Virus record (IMG/VR): IMGVR_UViG_3300029319_009044
Span: 32,001-96,000 of that record
Strand: one strand, 5' to 3'
Length of the DNA: 64,000 nt
Source of the DNA: a virus
Shown piece after piece: positions 40,723 to 50,247 of this stretch. The number at the start of each line of letters is the position of its first letter. Positions within the stretch are counted from its first letter, which is position 1. The notes beneath the pieces are model-generated. The model was not told the origin of the DNA. It ran no database searches and saw only the letters and a program-made list of their open reading frames with translations. The position numbers and the translations under genes are program-made.

Positions 40723-41824
40723 TAATTAAATTATCTAATTCACCTAATTCATCAGGTATTTCTTCTTCTTTATTACTATAAGACCATTCTTGGCTTATAC
40801 GTTTTTCAACTTTAGGTAAAATAGTATCTTCCCAAAGCTTAGTATCCTTTCTCCAATTTTTATAATAACCTAGCTTAGTACCATCTTCAAGCTGATAAGT
40901 AGCACCAGTTTGAATTACAGCACCTACACCAACAGCTAAGTCAACTAAACCGTAATATCTATCAAGACCAGAAGAGAAAGAGAGATACATTTCACCTTCT
41001 AAGTATTGCTTAATAAATCTATTCTTACGAGTAAGAGCTCTAATAATAATACCAGAGTATTTCTTTTGACCTACAGCTAACTCCCCGTCTACAGTCTTAC
41101 CACCGTCATCTTTCATTGGTTTACGAGCTAATTGTACAGTTACTGAAGGTAAATAGATACAAGACTTACCACCAGGCATATTCTTTTCAATAGAAGGAAA
41201 CAGAGCTGCGGGATCATCATAAACATGATTAGTACAAAGGATAGTAGTTTGAGTTACTGAACCTAAATTAGTACAAGTCTGCATTAACGTCTTCATAGCT
41301 CGAGCTTTAGTACCCATATCTGATGAAGTACTATCTTTACTCATACGAGTTAGTTCCAATTCAGATTGTAGGTTAGCAAGAGAGTCAATAGCTACGATAA
41401 ATTTACCTTCAAGACCTTTTTCTTTAACAGAAGTAAGAAACTTATACAACGAGTTTCTAGCTTGCTCAATGCTAGTACATGGAACATATTTTACCTTACT
41501 AATATCAAGACCAAGTCTTTCAGCGCCTTCAGGATCAATAGCATTTTCAGTATCAAAGATAACTGGAATAAGACCTTCTTCTTGAGCTTTAGCTAAAATC
41601 TTTTGAACAAACAATGACTTACCTGTCATAGACTCACCAGCAAGCATAGTTACTCTTCCCTTAGGAATACCACCATTAATAGAGCCAGAAATGATAGCGT
41701 TCAGTACATATGACCCTGTATCAATCCACTCTCCAACATGACTTAAAGTATTATTATCAAGGTAAGTAGCGAAAGGGTTAACTTTATCGATAGCGTCTAA
41801 AGCACTAGTAATATCTTTATCCAT
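40694..41824 (-). CDS. uvsX: RecA-like recombinase
   Basis: IDTGSY.LN...SG...GGIP.GR, AGESMTGKS, FDTE, IDSL, PGG, KNRF. Confidence 0.93.
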   Translation of the reverse strand: MDKDITSALDAIDKVNPFATYLDNNTLSHVGEWIDTGSYVLNAIISGSINGGIPKGRVTMLAGESMTGKSLFVQKILAKAQEEGLIPVIFDTENAIDPEGAERLGLDISKVKYVPCTSIEQARNSLYKFLTSVKEKGLEGKFIVAIDSLANLQSELELTRMSKDSTSSDMGTKARAMKTLMQTCTNLGSVTQTTILCTNHVYDDPAALFPSIEKNMPGGKSCIYLPSVTVQLARKPMKDDGGKTVDGELAVGQKKYSGIIIRALTRKNRFIKQYLEGEMYLSFSSGLDRYYGLVDLAVGVGAVIQTGATYQLEDGTKLGYYKNWRKDTKLWEDTILPKVEKRISQEWSYSNKEEEIPDELGELDNLINEKETSTDS

Positions 41825-41831
41825 ATAGATG

Positions 41832-41859
41832 ATTATATAATATAAGTTTTAAATTTCAA
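41832..41859 (-). promoter_or_regulatory. Sigma70-like promoter for uvsX (TTGAAA-N16-TATAAT-N7-ATG)
   Basis: Read directly; abuts the upstream terminator. Confidence 0.65.
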
Positions 41860-41860
41860 T

Positions 41861-41891
41861 AAAAAAAGCCTCGGATTAATCCGAGGCTTTT
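41861..41891 (-). terminator. Rho-independent terminator downstream of hsp20
   Basis: Perfect 28-bp inverted repeat AAAAGCCTCGGATTAATCCGAGGCTTTT (41864-41891) ending in T7 on the minus strand; possibly bidirectional. Confidence 0.85.
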
Positions 41892-41916
41892 AGTCGAGTT
41901 TTATCTCTGTTAATTG

Positions 41917-42327
41917 TTAAACTGTGTATGTTTTAATATACTCTTCTTTCTTTCTACGAGGTACATCTACCTCAAGAACTCCGTTAATATAAGTAAAGTT
42001 AATCTTATTAAGATCAAACTCTCTTCCAACTGAAAAGGATCTGTTATAAGTTTGTTCCTTTTCTCCGTCATGAGCTTTTACTTTACGCTTAGCTTTTATA
42101 TAAACTTCGCGTTGATCAGAGTCTGTAGAAAGATCTAAATCTTCTTTATTGACTCCTGGTAGATCAATCTGAACGCTAAGTGCATTCTCGTCTTGAGAAA
42201 AACGAACTTGATCTCCTGTTTTATATACTTCTTCCAGCTGGTGGAAGACTGGTGTTAGATTGAAAAATCCATCAAAGGCTCTTTCAATTTCTGCGATTGG
42301 ATTGTGTGTGTATTTAGTTAGTTTCAT
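41917..42327 (-). CDS. hsp20: Small heat-shock protein (Hsp20/alpha-crystallin)
   Basis: IDLPGVNKEDL, YNRSF, YINGVLEVDVP. Confidence 0.88.
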   Translation of the reverse strand: MKLTKYTHNPIAEIERAFDGFFNLTPVFHQLEEVYKTGDQVRFSQDENALSVQIDLPGVNKEDLDLSTDSDQREVYIKAKRKVKAHDGEKEQTYNRSFSVGREFDLNKINFTYINGVLEVDVPRRKKEEYIKTYTV

Positions 42328-42368
42328 AGTAAAATTATTTATTACACAATACTGCTTTCTGCTACTAA

Positions 42369-42770
42369 TTAATTAGTAGCAGCAGTAGCAGTAGCTTCAA
42401 CGACTTCTTCTTCATCTTCGTCGTCAAACAGTTTTACAACTTCACCATCACCTACAGCTGGTTGAGTAAGCGGTGGTTTAGGATCATTAATATTTTCATA
42501 TTGCTGGATAATACGTTCATCAAGCTCTACATCTGAAATACTAATTGCGCTTTTTGAAAAAGTCCAATGATTCTTATCTTTATCTTTGAGAAATTCCATA
42601 AAGATATAAGGAAAGGATTGCACTTGAAGTTGGCCTGTTTGTTGATCAGGCTGTACGTGAATGATCACAGGATTAAAAAGAGTAATACTGTCTTTAGTAT
42701 CTTCTTTAACAACACCTAGTACAGTTCTACCAATGTGATCAACAATAGTTTTAATTTGTTTGTCTGCCAT
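42369..42770 (-). CDS. Hypothetical protein
   Basis: 133 aa; TTGCAA-N15-TATAAT-N6-ATG upstream. Confidence 0.55.
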   Translation of the reverse strand: MADKQIKTIVDHIGRTVLGVVKEDTKDSITLFNPVIIHVQPDQQTGQLQVQSFPYIFMEFLKDKDKNHWTFSKSAISISDVELDERIIQQYENINDPKPPLTQPAVGDGEVVKLFDDEDEEEVVEATATAATN

Positions 42771-42803
42771 GTCTTAATTATAGTTAATTAAAATAAATTG
42801 CAA

Positions 42804-43115
42804 CTATTGAAAACGTAAAGTATTTGCTATTTCAGTAGCTTGCTCTAGAGCCTCTTTACATTGTTTAGATAAGTAAGTAGATTTATCTTGTGCATGATCA
42901 AGAGTACTTCTCATTAAAAAAATCGCCCTTCTAATTTTTTCTAACTCTTCGTTATTGTTTGTACCTGAACCATTATCTGTTCCAACAATAACATTTCTTA
43001 AAATAGCTAATGTTTCCAAAATACCGTTAATTTTACCTCTATTAAATGCAGGATGTGCACGTGCTGTATTATCATCTTCAGGTCTGTCTGTATATCCGCC
43101 GGGTTGTAATGCCAT
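42804..43115 (-). CDS. Hypothetical protein
   Basis: 103 aa; TAAATA-N5-ATG. Confidence 0.5.
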   Translation of the reverse strand: MALQPGGYTDRPEDDNTARAHPAFNRGKINGILETLAILRNVIVGTDNGSGTNNNEELEKIRRAIFLMRSTLDHAQDKSTYLSKQCKEALEQATEIANTLRFQ

Positions 43116-43123
43116 GTGTCTAT

Positions 43124-45697
43124 TTAAGCAAAGAGGTCAAATAATTCAACTTGTACATTTTCCGCAGGCTTTCTTATCTTCCAGCCAACACAATCATAGA
43201 AACGTTCAATACCTTGAAAGAGAATCTTTTCAAACATCTTATCATAATCAATTTTAAAGATATCGTTAAACTCTTTCGGATAGTCATACTTGAATCCAAT
43301 ACTATCTAAACCATACTTATTAGGTTTTTCAACATACATATATCTTACCTTATCACCAGATCCGAGATCTTCATATCTGTTACCAGTATTGAGTTTATCT
43401 AATAGTAAGTTATAGAAGTAAGCAGACTTAACATGAATAGGCATGCTCTTTACAGTATTAAACTCATTACAAGCTACTGCATACTTTTCATACCCTTTTA
43501 CACCCATAACAAAAGCTAACTCTTCAGGAGTAAGCTTCTTAAAAATATCATAAGTTTTATTTAACACTCTATTAGTCTCCGTAAGAGACTGAGTACTAAG
43601 CATAGTCTCAATAATTTTCTTAGCATAAGGTTTAATAGCATTAGGCATAGTAGTACGTACTACTTCAACCCCAGTATACTTAAATTTATTTTCTTTAATA
43701 CCTTCGTCATCTAAAATATGCATCACATATCTTTTCTTCTGCAAGAATACTCCCACATCGGCAATGCATTCCCGTTTAAATACAAATCGACTATCTTGAG
43801 ATAATAAAGACTTTTTAGCCCATTCATGAACTCCTTCATTAAGATAGTTCTCAATCTCCTGAATCTTATCATGCGTATCTTGATGCACATCACTCCCGTC
43901 TAAAAAGTTTAAGCCCTTATTAACAAGAGGTGTAATAGAAACATAGGAAGAATCCGTATCATTATATATAATACAACCTTCAAGTTCTCTATCAGAGATA
44001 TCAGGGATTTCTTTTTTGATAAATTCCTTAATAAGCTCATTTGAATATTTAATAACTGCTTGACCAGTTAGCGTTACTGACGAAGCAATATCATCATCAC
44101 CAATAGGAGCATTTTTATTACCCATATAACCATAACAAGAGTTAATAAGAATTTTAATAACCATTTGCGAAGTATTAAGTCTTTCTACTTCATATTTAGC
44201 TTCAATATATTCAGGAGTATCTTTCTTAAGTTTCTTAAGTTTAGTTTTAGCCTTAAAAAGCTCTTTTTTAATAATTACACGTTGATTATAATAGTACTCT
44301 AAAAACTCGGGTATAATACCTTTTTTCTTTTGCGTAAATAAAAAACCAGCCTTAGACAAAGCACACTGCTCATCTTTTAAGAACTTAGCAAATGCAGGTC
44401 TATCAAGTTCGAACAACTTACCACTTACATGCTGTATAACTACTTTTTTATCAGTAGTATTTTCTACTTTACCTACTTTAGTTTCAGGCGAAGTATTTAA
44501 AGATATCATCACATTAGGATATAGAGAGTTAGCATCAAAAGAAACTATATGATTCTTAAATCCGTTCTTAGGTTCAGCAACATAAGCACCAGGATTTTTA
44601 CCAGTATCAGCATTACGTAAAAATGTAGCAATAACTTCACCTCGTTTTCTAGCTTTTATACATAGCGCACCATTAATTACTTGAATCGTACCCATCGCAC
44701 CTTCAAGCGTAGTTAAACCTACGTAAGATAATTTTCGTAGTAAAGGAACGTATTGTAGTTTTTCTTCTAAACGAACTAACAAATTAACGTCTTGAATATT
44801 ATAATCAATAAAAGTATCCCAGTCTTCATCAGATAAAGTAGCCAAGTTACTGTCACCATAGTCAATCTTTCGTTGACCTAATTCTACTTCACCAATAGCA
44901 TCAAGTTTATAAGACTCTCTAAGTTTAAGACAAAATCGCTTGTATACATCTAGATAATCTAAACATGCAACTCCGTCAATATAGTAACGTTTTTGCTCTT
45001 TACCAAACTTACCTTTTATAGCTCTAAAATGAACCCTACCTAAAGGTGAAAGTCTATTAACATAATCTTGACCTAAGATTCTTTCAATACGGTTAATAAT
45101 ATAAGGTATATCAAAAAATTCAGAGTTCCAACCACTTAAGATATCCGGGTAATCGCTTTCGAGATATTCAATAAATTTAATAAACATCTCACGTTCATCT
45201 CTACAATGAACGTAATTAAGATTATCAGCTCCTTTACCATTATAAGGCTTGATACCAAATGTATGAAACTTTTTACTAAAATTATCATAACAAGTTATTA
45301 CATTTACTACATGAGTAGGATCTTCAGGATCAGGAAATGTATCTGGAGAATAAGTCTCAATATCAAGTAAACACGTTTTAAGAGGGTGTGAACTAAACTC
45401 TTCTTGTTCGTTTTGCTCCCAATATAAATCAAGCAAGAACTGCTGAGCCGGGGGCATATTTTCAAATACTCTCTTAACGTTAGATTCTCTTACAAATCGT
45501 GACCTATCATAACTAGTATTAAACTTACGTTTTCTAATCTTAGTACCATATATTGATGTCTTATCTCCAGAGGGATTTTCTAAATACAAATAAGGTTCAA
45601 ACGAACATTCATGCATTACTCGTTTACCATCAGTATCCCAAGTAAATAGATTTACACTTCTATTTCTACCGTTATAAACAACATTACGATACGACAT
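43124..45697 (-). CDS. gp43: Family B DNA polymerase (T4 gp43-like)
   Basis: Exonuclease DIET, GWNSEFFD, YNIQD; polymerase SFDANSLYP, KILINSCYG, YNDTDS, KKRY; no intein. Confidence 0.96.
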   Translation of the reverse strand: MSYRNVVYNGRNRSVNLFTWDTDGKRVMHECSFEPYLYLENPSGDKTSIYGTKIRKRKFNTSYDRSRFVRESNVKRVFENMPPAQQFLLDLYWEQNEQEEFSSHPLKTCLLDIETYSPDTFPDPEDPTHVVNVITCYDNFSKKFHTFGIKPYNGKGADNLNYVHCRDEREMFIKFIEYLESDYPDILSGWNSEFFDIPYIINRIERILGQDYVNRLSPLGRVHFRAIKGKFGKEQKRYYIDGVACLDYLDVYKRFCLKLRESYKLDAIGEVELGQRKIDYGDSNLATLSDEDWDTFIDYNIQDVNLLVRLEEKLQYVPLLRKLSYVGLTTLEGAMGTIQVINGALCIKARKRGEVIATFLRNADTGKNPGAYVAEPKNGFKNHIVSFDANSLYPNVMISLNTSPETKVGKVENTTDKKVVIQHVSGKLFELDRPAFAKFLKDEQCALSKAGFLFTQKKKGIIPEFLEYYYNQRVIIKKELFKAKTKLKKLKKDTPEYIEAKYEVERLNTSQMVIKILINSCYGYMGNKNAPIGDDDIASSVTLTGQAVIKYSNELIKEFIKKEIPDISDRELEGCIIYNDTDSSYVSITPLVNKGLNFLDGSDVHQDTHDKIQEIENYLNEGVHEWAKKSLLSQDSRFVFKRECIADVGVFLQKKRYVMHILDDEGIKENKFKYTGVEVVRTTMPNAIKPYAKKIIETMLSTQSLTETNRVLNKTYDIFKKLTPEELAFVMGVKGYEKYAVACNEFNTVKSMPIHVKSAYFYNLLLDKLNTGNRYEDLGSGDKVRYMYVEKPNKYGLDSIGFKYDYPKEFNDIFKIDYDKMFEKILFQGIERFYDCVGWKIRKPAENVQVELFDLFA

Positions 45698-45719
45698 CTA
45701 TCTTATTATAATAAGATAG
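45698..45719. promoter_or_regulatory. Perfect 22-bp palindrome directly upstream of the gp43 ATG, containing the -10 box
   Basis: CTATCTTATTATAATAAGATAG equals its own reverse complement. Confidence 0.6.
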
Positions 45720-45722
45720 TTC

Positions 45723-46937
45723 CTAATTCCACTTATTTAAAAATTTTCTTTCTGGGCTTCCCCACGGTGTATTTAGAGCTTCAAGGTGACAGCCAATATT
45801 TTCATCTATCTCTAATATTCTTTTTTCACCTATTCTTCTTAATCTATGAATATTTTGTATATACTTATTTTTCTTTCTAAGAGTACGTTCTATTTTATCT
45901 GCAAACTCTTCAACAGTATCAAATCTTAATTGCTTCGGAGCTGTAAAATATGTTTCAATGTTTTGACATAAACAAGGTATACCTAAAGTACATGCTTCAA
46001 TAAATTTAATATCAGATTTAGCTTTATTAAAATCATTAGGTAATAAAGGTGCAACCATTAATTGTGCATCTAAATTAGCAATAAAATATGGATACTTTAA
46101 TAATTGCTGCCAAGGATAAAACTCTATTTTTCTATCTTGTACTAAATCTACTAATTGGGGTGGAAAAGCACCAACGAAAATCCATTGATACTTATTAACT
46201 GTTTTTCTAATATAATCTCTTACCCCTGCTAAATCATCATTACCACCTACTTTATTATCAACATCATAATGTGCACCAGACCCAGTATATAATATTCTAG
46301 GTTTCTTTTTATTATTTTCATATGCTCTTTCAACCTTACTAGGGTTAAATAATTGACCCATCCAACTATTAGGAACAAAATTAGGTATAACTGTTATTTT
46401 TTGCTGGCCGGTCTTTTCAATATATAGCTGTTTCATAAAGTCACATGTAACAGTTACCTCATCAACCATATTAATTATATCTATACAATTTTGACGTACT
46501 TCATCATTATCAAACGCAAATTTAAATTTATTGTAATCGGGTATTACTTCTCTAAATACAACATCATCGACTTCATATATAATTTTAAAATCATGTTCTT
46601 TTTGTACTTCTTTAAGAAACTTTACAAATTCTTTCTGGGATGAGGAAGCCTGTCGTTGTAGCTTTACACACTTTACACCGGTATACCAAGGAGGCTGCGT
46701 AACCATAGCTGTGGTAGATTGTGACATTCCATCACCTCTAGCATTTATTACTGCTTCTGGCCATAAAATTCTCCAATGACCACAACCTGAATAATCAGCT
46801 AAATAATTTACATATCTAGGTAAATTAGCCTCGTTAGGTACAGGTATATCTTTAGGTTTTTCAGGTTCAATCTGAACGTGATTAACAGCGTATGGAGACG
46901 CAATAGGTGTAGGAAAAGGCGACGGACCTGTAATCAT
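45723..46937 (-). CDS. Glycosyltransferase, GT-B (GT4-like)
   Basis: GCGHWR, IYEVDD, VIPN, APL..NDFNKAKSDIKFIEA..LGIP. Confidence 0.8.
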   Translation of the reverse strand: MITGPSPFPTPIASPYAVNHVQIEPEKPKDIPVPNEANLPRYVNYLADYSGCGHWRILWPEAVINARGDGMSQSTTAMVTQPPWYTGVKCVKLQRQASSSQKEFVKFLKEVQKEHDFKIIYEVDDVVFREVIPDYNKFKFAFDNDEVRQNCIDIINMVDEVTVTCDFMKQLYIEKTGQQKITVIPNFVPNSWMGQLFNPSKVERAYENNKKKPRILYTGSGAHYDVDNKVGGNDDLAGVRDYIRKTVNKYQWIFVGAFPPQLVDLVQDRKIEFYPWQQLLKYPYFIANLDAQLMVAPLLPNDFNKAKSDIKFIEACTLGIPCLCQNIETYFTAPKQLRFDTVEEFADKIERTLRKKNKYIQNIHRLRRIGEKRILEIDENIGCHLEALNTPWGSPERKFLNKWN

Positions 46938-46949
46938 AATATATATAGT

Positions 46950-48755
46950 TTAAATTTCTTTGTAATCTAGTCTCTTAGTTATACCATTTTCTTTCTCAAG
47001 GTATATTACATCACCAGTCACAGCTTTAATAGACTCTTTTCTATGAGAAATTACTATTGAACATTCATCTAACTCTTCAACTCTATCTTGTAATATATGA
47101 GTTATTAATTCGATTCCTTTTTCATCAAATGAAGAATCAAATAACTCATCATATATTGCAATATTATACTGTACTCCGCCTTGTAGTCTTCTTATGTCAG
47201 AAAATGTAAATAAGCATGCCAAATCTATTGACTTACGTTCAGCGCCTGAAAAGTTAAAATAAGAACATACCTTGTTTTTTTCATTTAATATTTCTTCCTC
47301 AAAATATTCATTGAAGATACAAATAGAGTTAGAATCTAATCTTTTAAGATAATGCAATAATTTATTATTAAGCAACTCGAGTAGTTTATTAACTATATAT
47401 GATTTTACCCCTTCTTCAGATACTATATATTTAACGATATCTAACTTAGCTAGCTCATCTCTATATTGCTTTACTTTTTTAGCTAATTTATCTACCCGTT
47501 TTTTAGTTTCAATAATTAAAGAATCAAAATCTGTATCTGTAGATTTTATAACTTCTAAATCGCCTTCGAGCTCAATTTGCCATTTATCTAATTGTTCTAT
47601 TCTTTGCTCAATGTTAATTTTATTTTGTTCTTGAAGTTTAGCTTCTGATAGCTTATTGCGGCATTCATTTATAGCTTTTAAGAATCTATCCTTTCTTACT
47701 TTTAACTCTTTTAAATCATCAGAATAATTTTTTATGTTACTAATAGCTTCATGAATATATTCTTTGAGATTTTTCTTTTCAGTGGCAATTAATTCAGCAT
47801 CATGTTCTTCCATAGGTCGGAGACATACAGGGCATTTTTCTTCTTCAGTTCCCATCTTCTTATATCTCTCTTTCCTTTCTGCTGCTATAGCTTTATTACG
47901 AGCTACTGCTTCTAAATTAGTTTCAATTTTTATATCTTGATTGTTAACAGCTTCTTCTAATGAGTTTATTTGACTTTCAATCTTATTAGTATCTATTTTT
48001 TTAACTTCACTAATTTCTTTTTGAAGTTTTTCCTTTTCTTTGGTATTATCTTCTTGACGTCCAAGGTATTTTTGTTTTTTCTCTTCCCTTGTTTGCAATA
48101 TCTTTTGCTTTTGATCTTCATAATTTTTATATGCTTTTTCGATTTCTTCTAATTTAGTTAAGCGAGTATCATGCTCTCTAGAGATTTCATTATATTCATT
48201 TCTAAGAGTAGATAGCATAGTACTAAATATTTCCATACCAAAAATATCTTCAATAAACTTTCGTTTTTCAATTTTATTTTTAGCCATAAAAGGAACAGCA
48301 TTATTTACTGTCATAATAACACAGTTTTGAAAGATAGAAGGTGAAGCACTTAGTACTTGATTAATATATGTAGTAGTATTTTTTATACTATCACGAGTTC
48401 TATCAACACCATCTTTAAAAATTAAAACTTTCGAAGGTGAGAGTGTTCTAATAATCTTATAGTTATTTGTACCCTTAGATGAGTCTAGTTCGAAGTCTAA
48501 TTCAACATGAGTCTTACCATTAGTAAGGTTATTAGGTATAAGATCTTTTTTGAGCTCACGCAACGTTTCACCAAATATAGCAAAGTATAAGGCATCTGCT
48601 ATAGTACTCTTACCAATAGCGTTTCTACGGTCAGGCTTGTCTTTATTTTTACCTGTAATAACATGTAAACCTTTTCGAAACTCAATAGTTACAGGCTCAT
48701 CACCAACTGATAAAAAATTTACTAAGCTTAGTTTTTTAAAGTTTACTCTTTTCAT
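46950..48755 (-). CDS. gp46: Rad50/SbcC-like recombination ATPase (T4 gp46)
   Basis: NFLS.G, NAIGKST, CPVC hook, FSGAE, YDE, ISH. Confidence 0.93.
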   Translation of the reverse strand: MKRVNFKKLSLVNFLSVGDEPVTIEFRKGLHVITGKNKDKPDRRNAIGKSTIADALYFAIFGETLRELKKDLIPNNLTNGKTHVELDFELDSSKGTNNYKIIRTLSPSKVLIFKDGVDRTRDSIKNTTTYINQVLSASPSIFQNCVIMTVNNAVPFMAKNKIEKRKFIEDIFGMEIFSTMLSTLRNEYNEISREHDTRLTKLEEIEKAYKNYEDQKQKILQTREEKKQKYLGRQEDNTKEKEKLQKEISEVKKIDTNKIESQINSLEEAVNNQDIKIETNLEAVARNKAIAAERKERYKKMGTEEEKCPVCLRPMEEHDAELIATEKKNLKEYIHEAISNIKNYSDDLKELKVRKDRFLKAINECRNKLSEAKLQEQNKINIEQRIEQLDKWQIELEGDLEVIKSTDTDFDSLIIETKKRVDKLAKKVKQYRDELAKLDIVKYIVSEEGVKSYIVNKLLELLNNKLLHYLKRLDSNSICIFNEYFEEEILNEKNKVCSYFNFSGAERKSIDLACLFTFSDIRRLQGGVQYNIAIYDELFDSSFDEKGIELITHILQDRVEELDECSIVISHRKESIKAVTGDVIYLEKENGITKRLDYKEI

Positions 48756-49785
48756 ATAGATCTAGAGTGTAATTTATTATCTCCTTTTTATTCTTAATTT
48801 CAAGTAAGTTTACAAACTCTTCTATAGCTTGTGGTATATCAATACCTGATAAATCTTCCTTATTTTCAGTATCGTCAAGTAAGCGATTAAAATTTATATC
48901 ATAATCTATAGTAAGTACTTCAGGCTTTAGTAAAGTAAGCTTCTTAACTAATATATCCATATCTACTTGAGATATATTCATATCAACTTTTAGTTTAGCT
49001 ATATTACCAGAAAAATCATTAATAACTTTTTTAGTTATACTACCTTCCTGTACAAGTTCGCTTAAAGATACCTTTTTATAAGTAGGAGATACGTTATTAT
49101 AAGTAAAATCATACTCCATAGTATCTAAGTCAAGAATATAATAACCTTTACGATTACCCGCATCACCAAAATCCATTTGAAATGGATTACCTACATACAA
49201 TATAGTACCTTTACCAAACTTCTTTTCATGTCTAGTATGAAAATGCCCTGATATAACTAACGGGCTCTTATTAAGTAAATCTTTAACCTTAAGTCCTTCT
49301 TCACAAACCTTATACGAGTTCATCTTGAAAGTTTCTATCTCAAAATGGCCAAAGATAATATCACTTTCAGGTATGTCTTGTACTTTTGTATTCCAAGGAC
49401 AGAAGGTAATAGTACGATCAAATGCTTCGATCGTATCAAACCTATCTAAAATAGTAACATTTTTACGTTTTTTAAATATAGAAAGAGAGTTAACATCTGT
49501 TCTATGCTTATAATAGATATCATGATTACCAGTTATAGCTATAATATTAAAATCACATAATATATCTAATATATCTGCAGATACTTGCAGAGTATTAACT
49601 GATATCTCACTTCTGTTATGATGCCAATCACCACAAAAGATTAAATCTTTGATATTTTTTCTTTTACACTCTTCTTTAAACCAATGAGCCCATTCTATAG
49701 CGTAATTATGCCAATCAGAACTATTCGAATGAACGCCTAAATGAAGATCAGAAAAAATAGCAACTCTAGGCTTATTAATCTTCAA
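48736..49785 (-). CDS. gp47: Mre11/SbcD-like nuclease (T4 gp47)
   Basis: SDLHLG, CGD, GNHD, GHFE, SGHFH. Confidence 0.92.
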   Translation of the reverse strand: MKINKPRVAIFSDLHLGVHSNSSDWHNYAIEWAHWFKEECKRKNIKDLIFCGDWHHNRSEISVNTLQVSADILDILCDFNIIAITGNHDIYYKHRTDVNSLSIFKKRKNVTILDRFDTIEAFDRTITFCPWNTKVQDIPESDIIFGHFEIETFKMNSYKVCEEGLKVKDLLNKSPLVISGHFHTRHEKKFGKGTILYVGNPFQMDFGDAGNRKGYYILDLDTMEYDFTYNNVSPTYKKVSLSELVQEGSITKKVINDFSGNIAKLKVDMNISQVDMDILVKKLTLLKPEVLTIDYDINFNRLLDDTENKEDLSGIDIPQAIEEFVNLLEIKNKKEIINYTLDLYEKSKL

Positions 49786-50212
49786 AAGAATTTTCTTCGT
49801 CTGCGGGTTTCACGTATACATGCCCATGTGTATTAGTTGGATCGGACATATAATCTTCATACACTCGTTCTTTATACTTCGTAACTGCTTCATGATGCTT
49901 TTTCTCTTTCTTTATACGGTTTATAAATGCATGATATGCTATAGTTGTAAAATAAGAAAAAGGATTAGTAGCTTTTTCGAAGTTAAACTTTTTATGTTTA
50001 AGAGCTGAATACATTTTAATTAAAGCGTCTCCTATCATATCGTCTTTATATGTATAATTGATAAAAGATGCATTATAACTTAGACCATAAGCAATTTTTT
50101 TAATATTTTCTGCTAGATCATCTGTTAATATATCAGTATCGTAATACTTTTGTAAAGACTCTTTAAAGACTTTAGGTTCTATATAATATGGTTTTTTCTC
50201 TTTTGCGGCCAT
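49775..50212 (-). CDS. gp55: Late-transcription sigma factor (T4 gp55-like)
   Basis: IAYGLS...FINYTYKDDMIGDA, NPFSYFTTIAYHAFINRIKKEKK. Confidence 0.92.
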   Translation of the reverse strand: MAAKEKKPYYIEPKVFKESLQKYYDTDILTDDLAENIKKIAYGLSYNASFINYTYKDDMIGDALIKMYSALKHKKFNFEKATNPFSYFTTIAYHAFINRIKKEKKHHEAVTKYKERVYEDYMSDPTNTHGHVYVKPADEENSFED

Positions 50213-50219
50213 TTGATAA

Positions 50220-50247
50220 ATTATAATATATGTTTATGATTTTTCAA
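50220..50247 (-). promoter_or_regulatory. Sigma70-like promoter for gp55-47-46 (TTGAAA-N16-TATAAT-N7-ATG)
   Basis: Read directly. Confidence 0.6.

Noticed and set aside
42340-42368. CIRCE element upstream of hsp20
   Set aside because: Only the TTAG and TAA ends resemble TTAGCACTC-N9-GAGTGCTAA; there is no real inverted repeat, and a late TAAATA explains the region
43124-45697. Intein or split in DNA polymerase (also checked helicase and UvsX)
   Set aside because: Lengths are normal and motifs are contiguous
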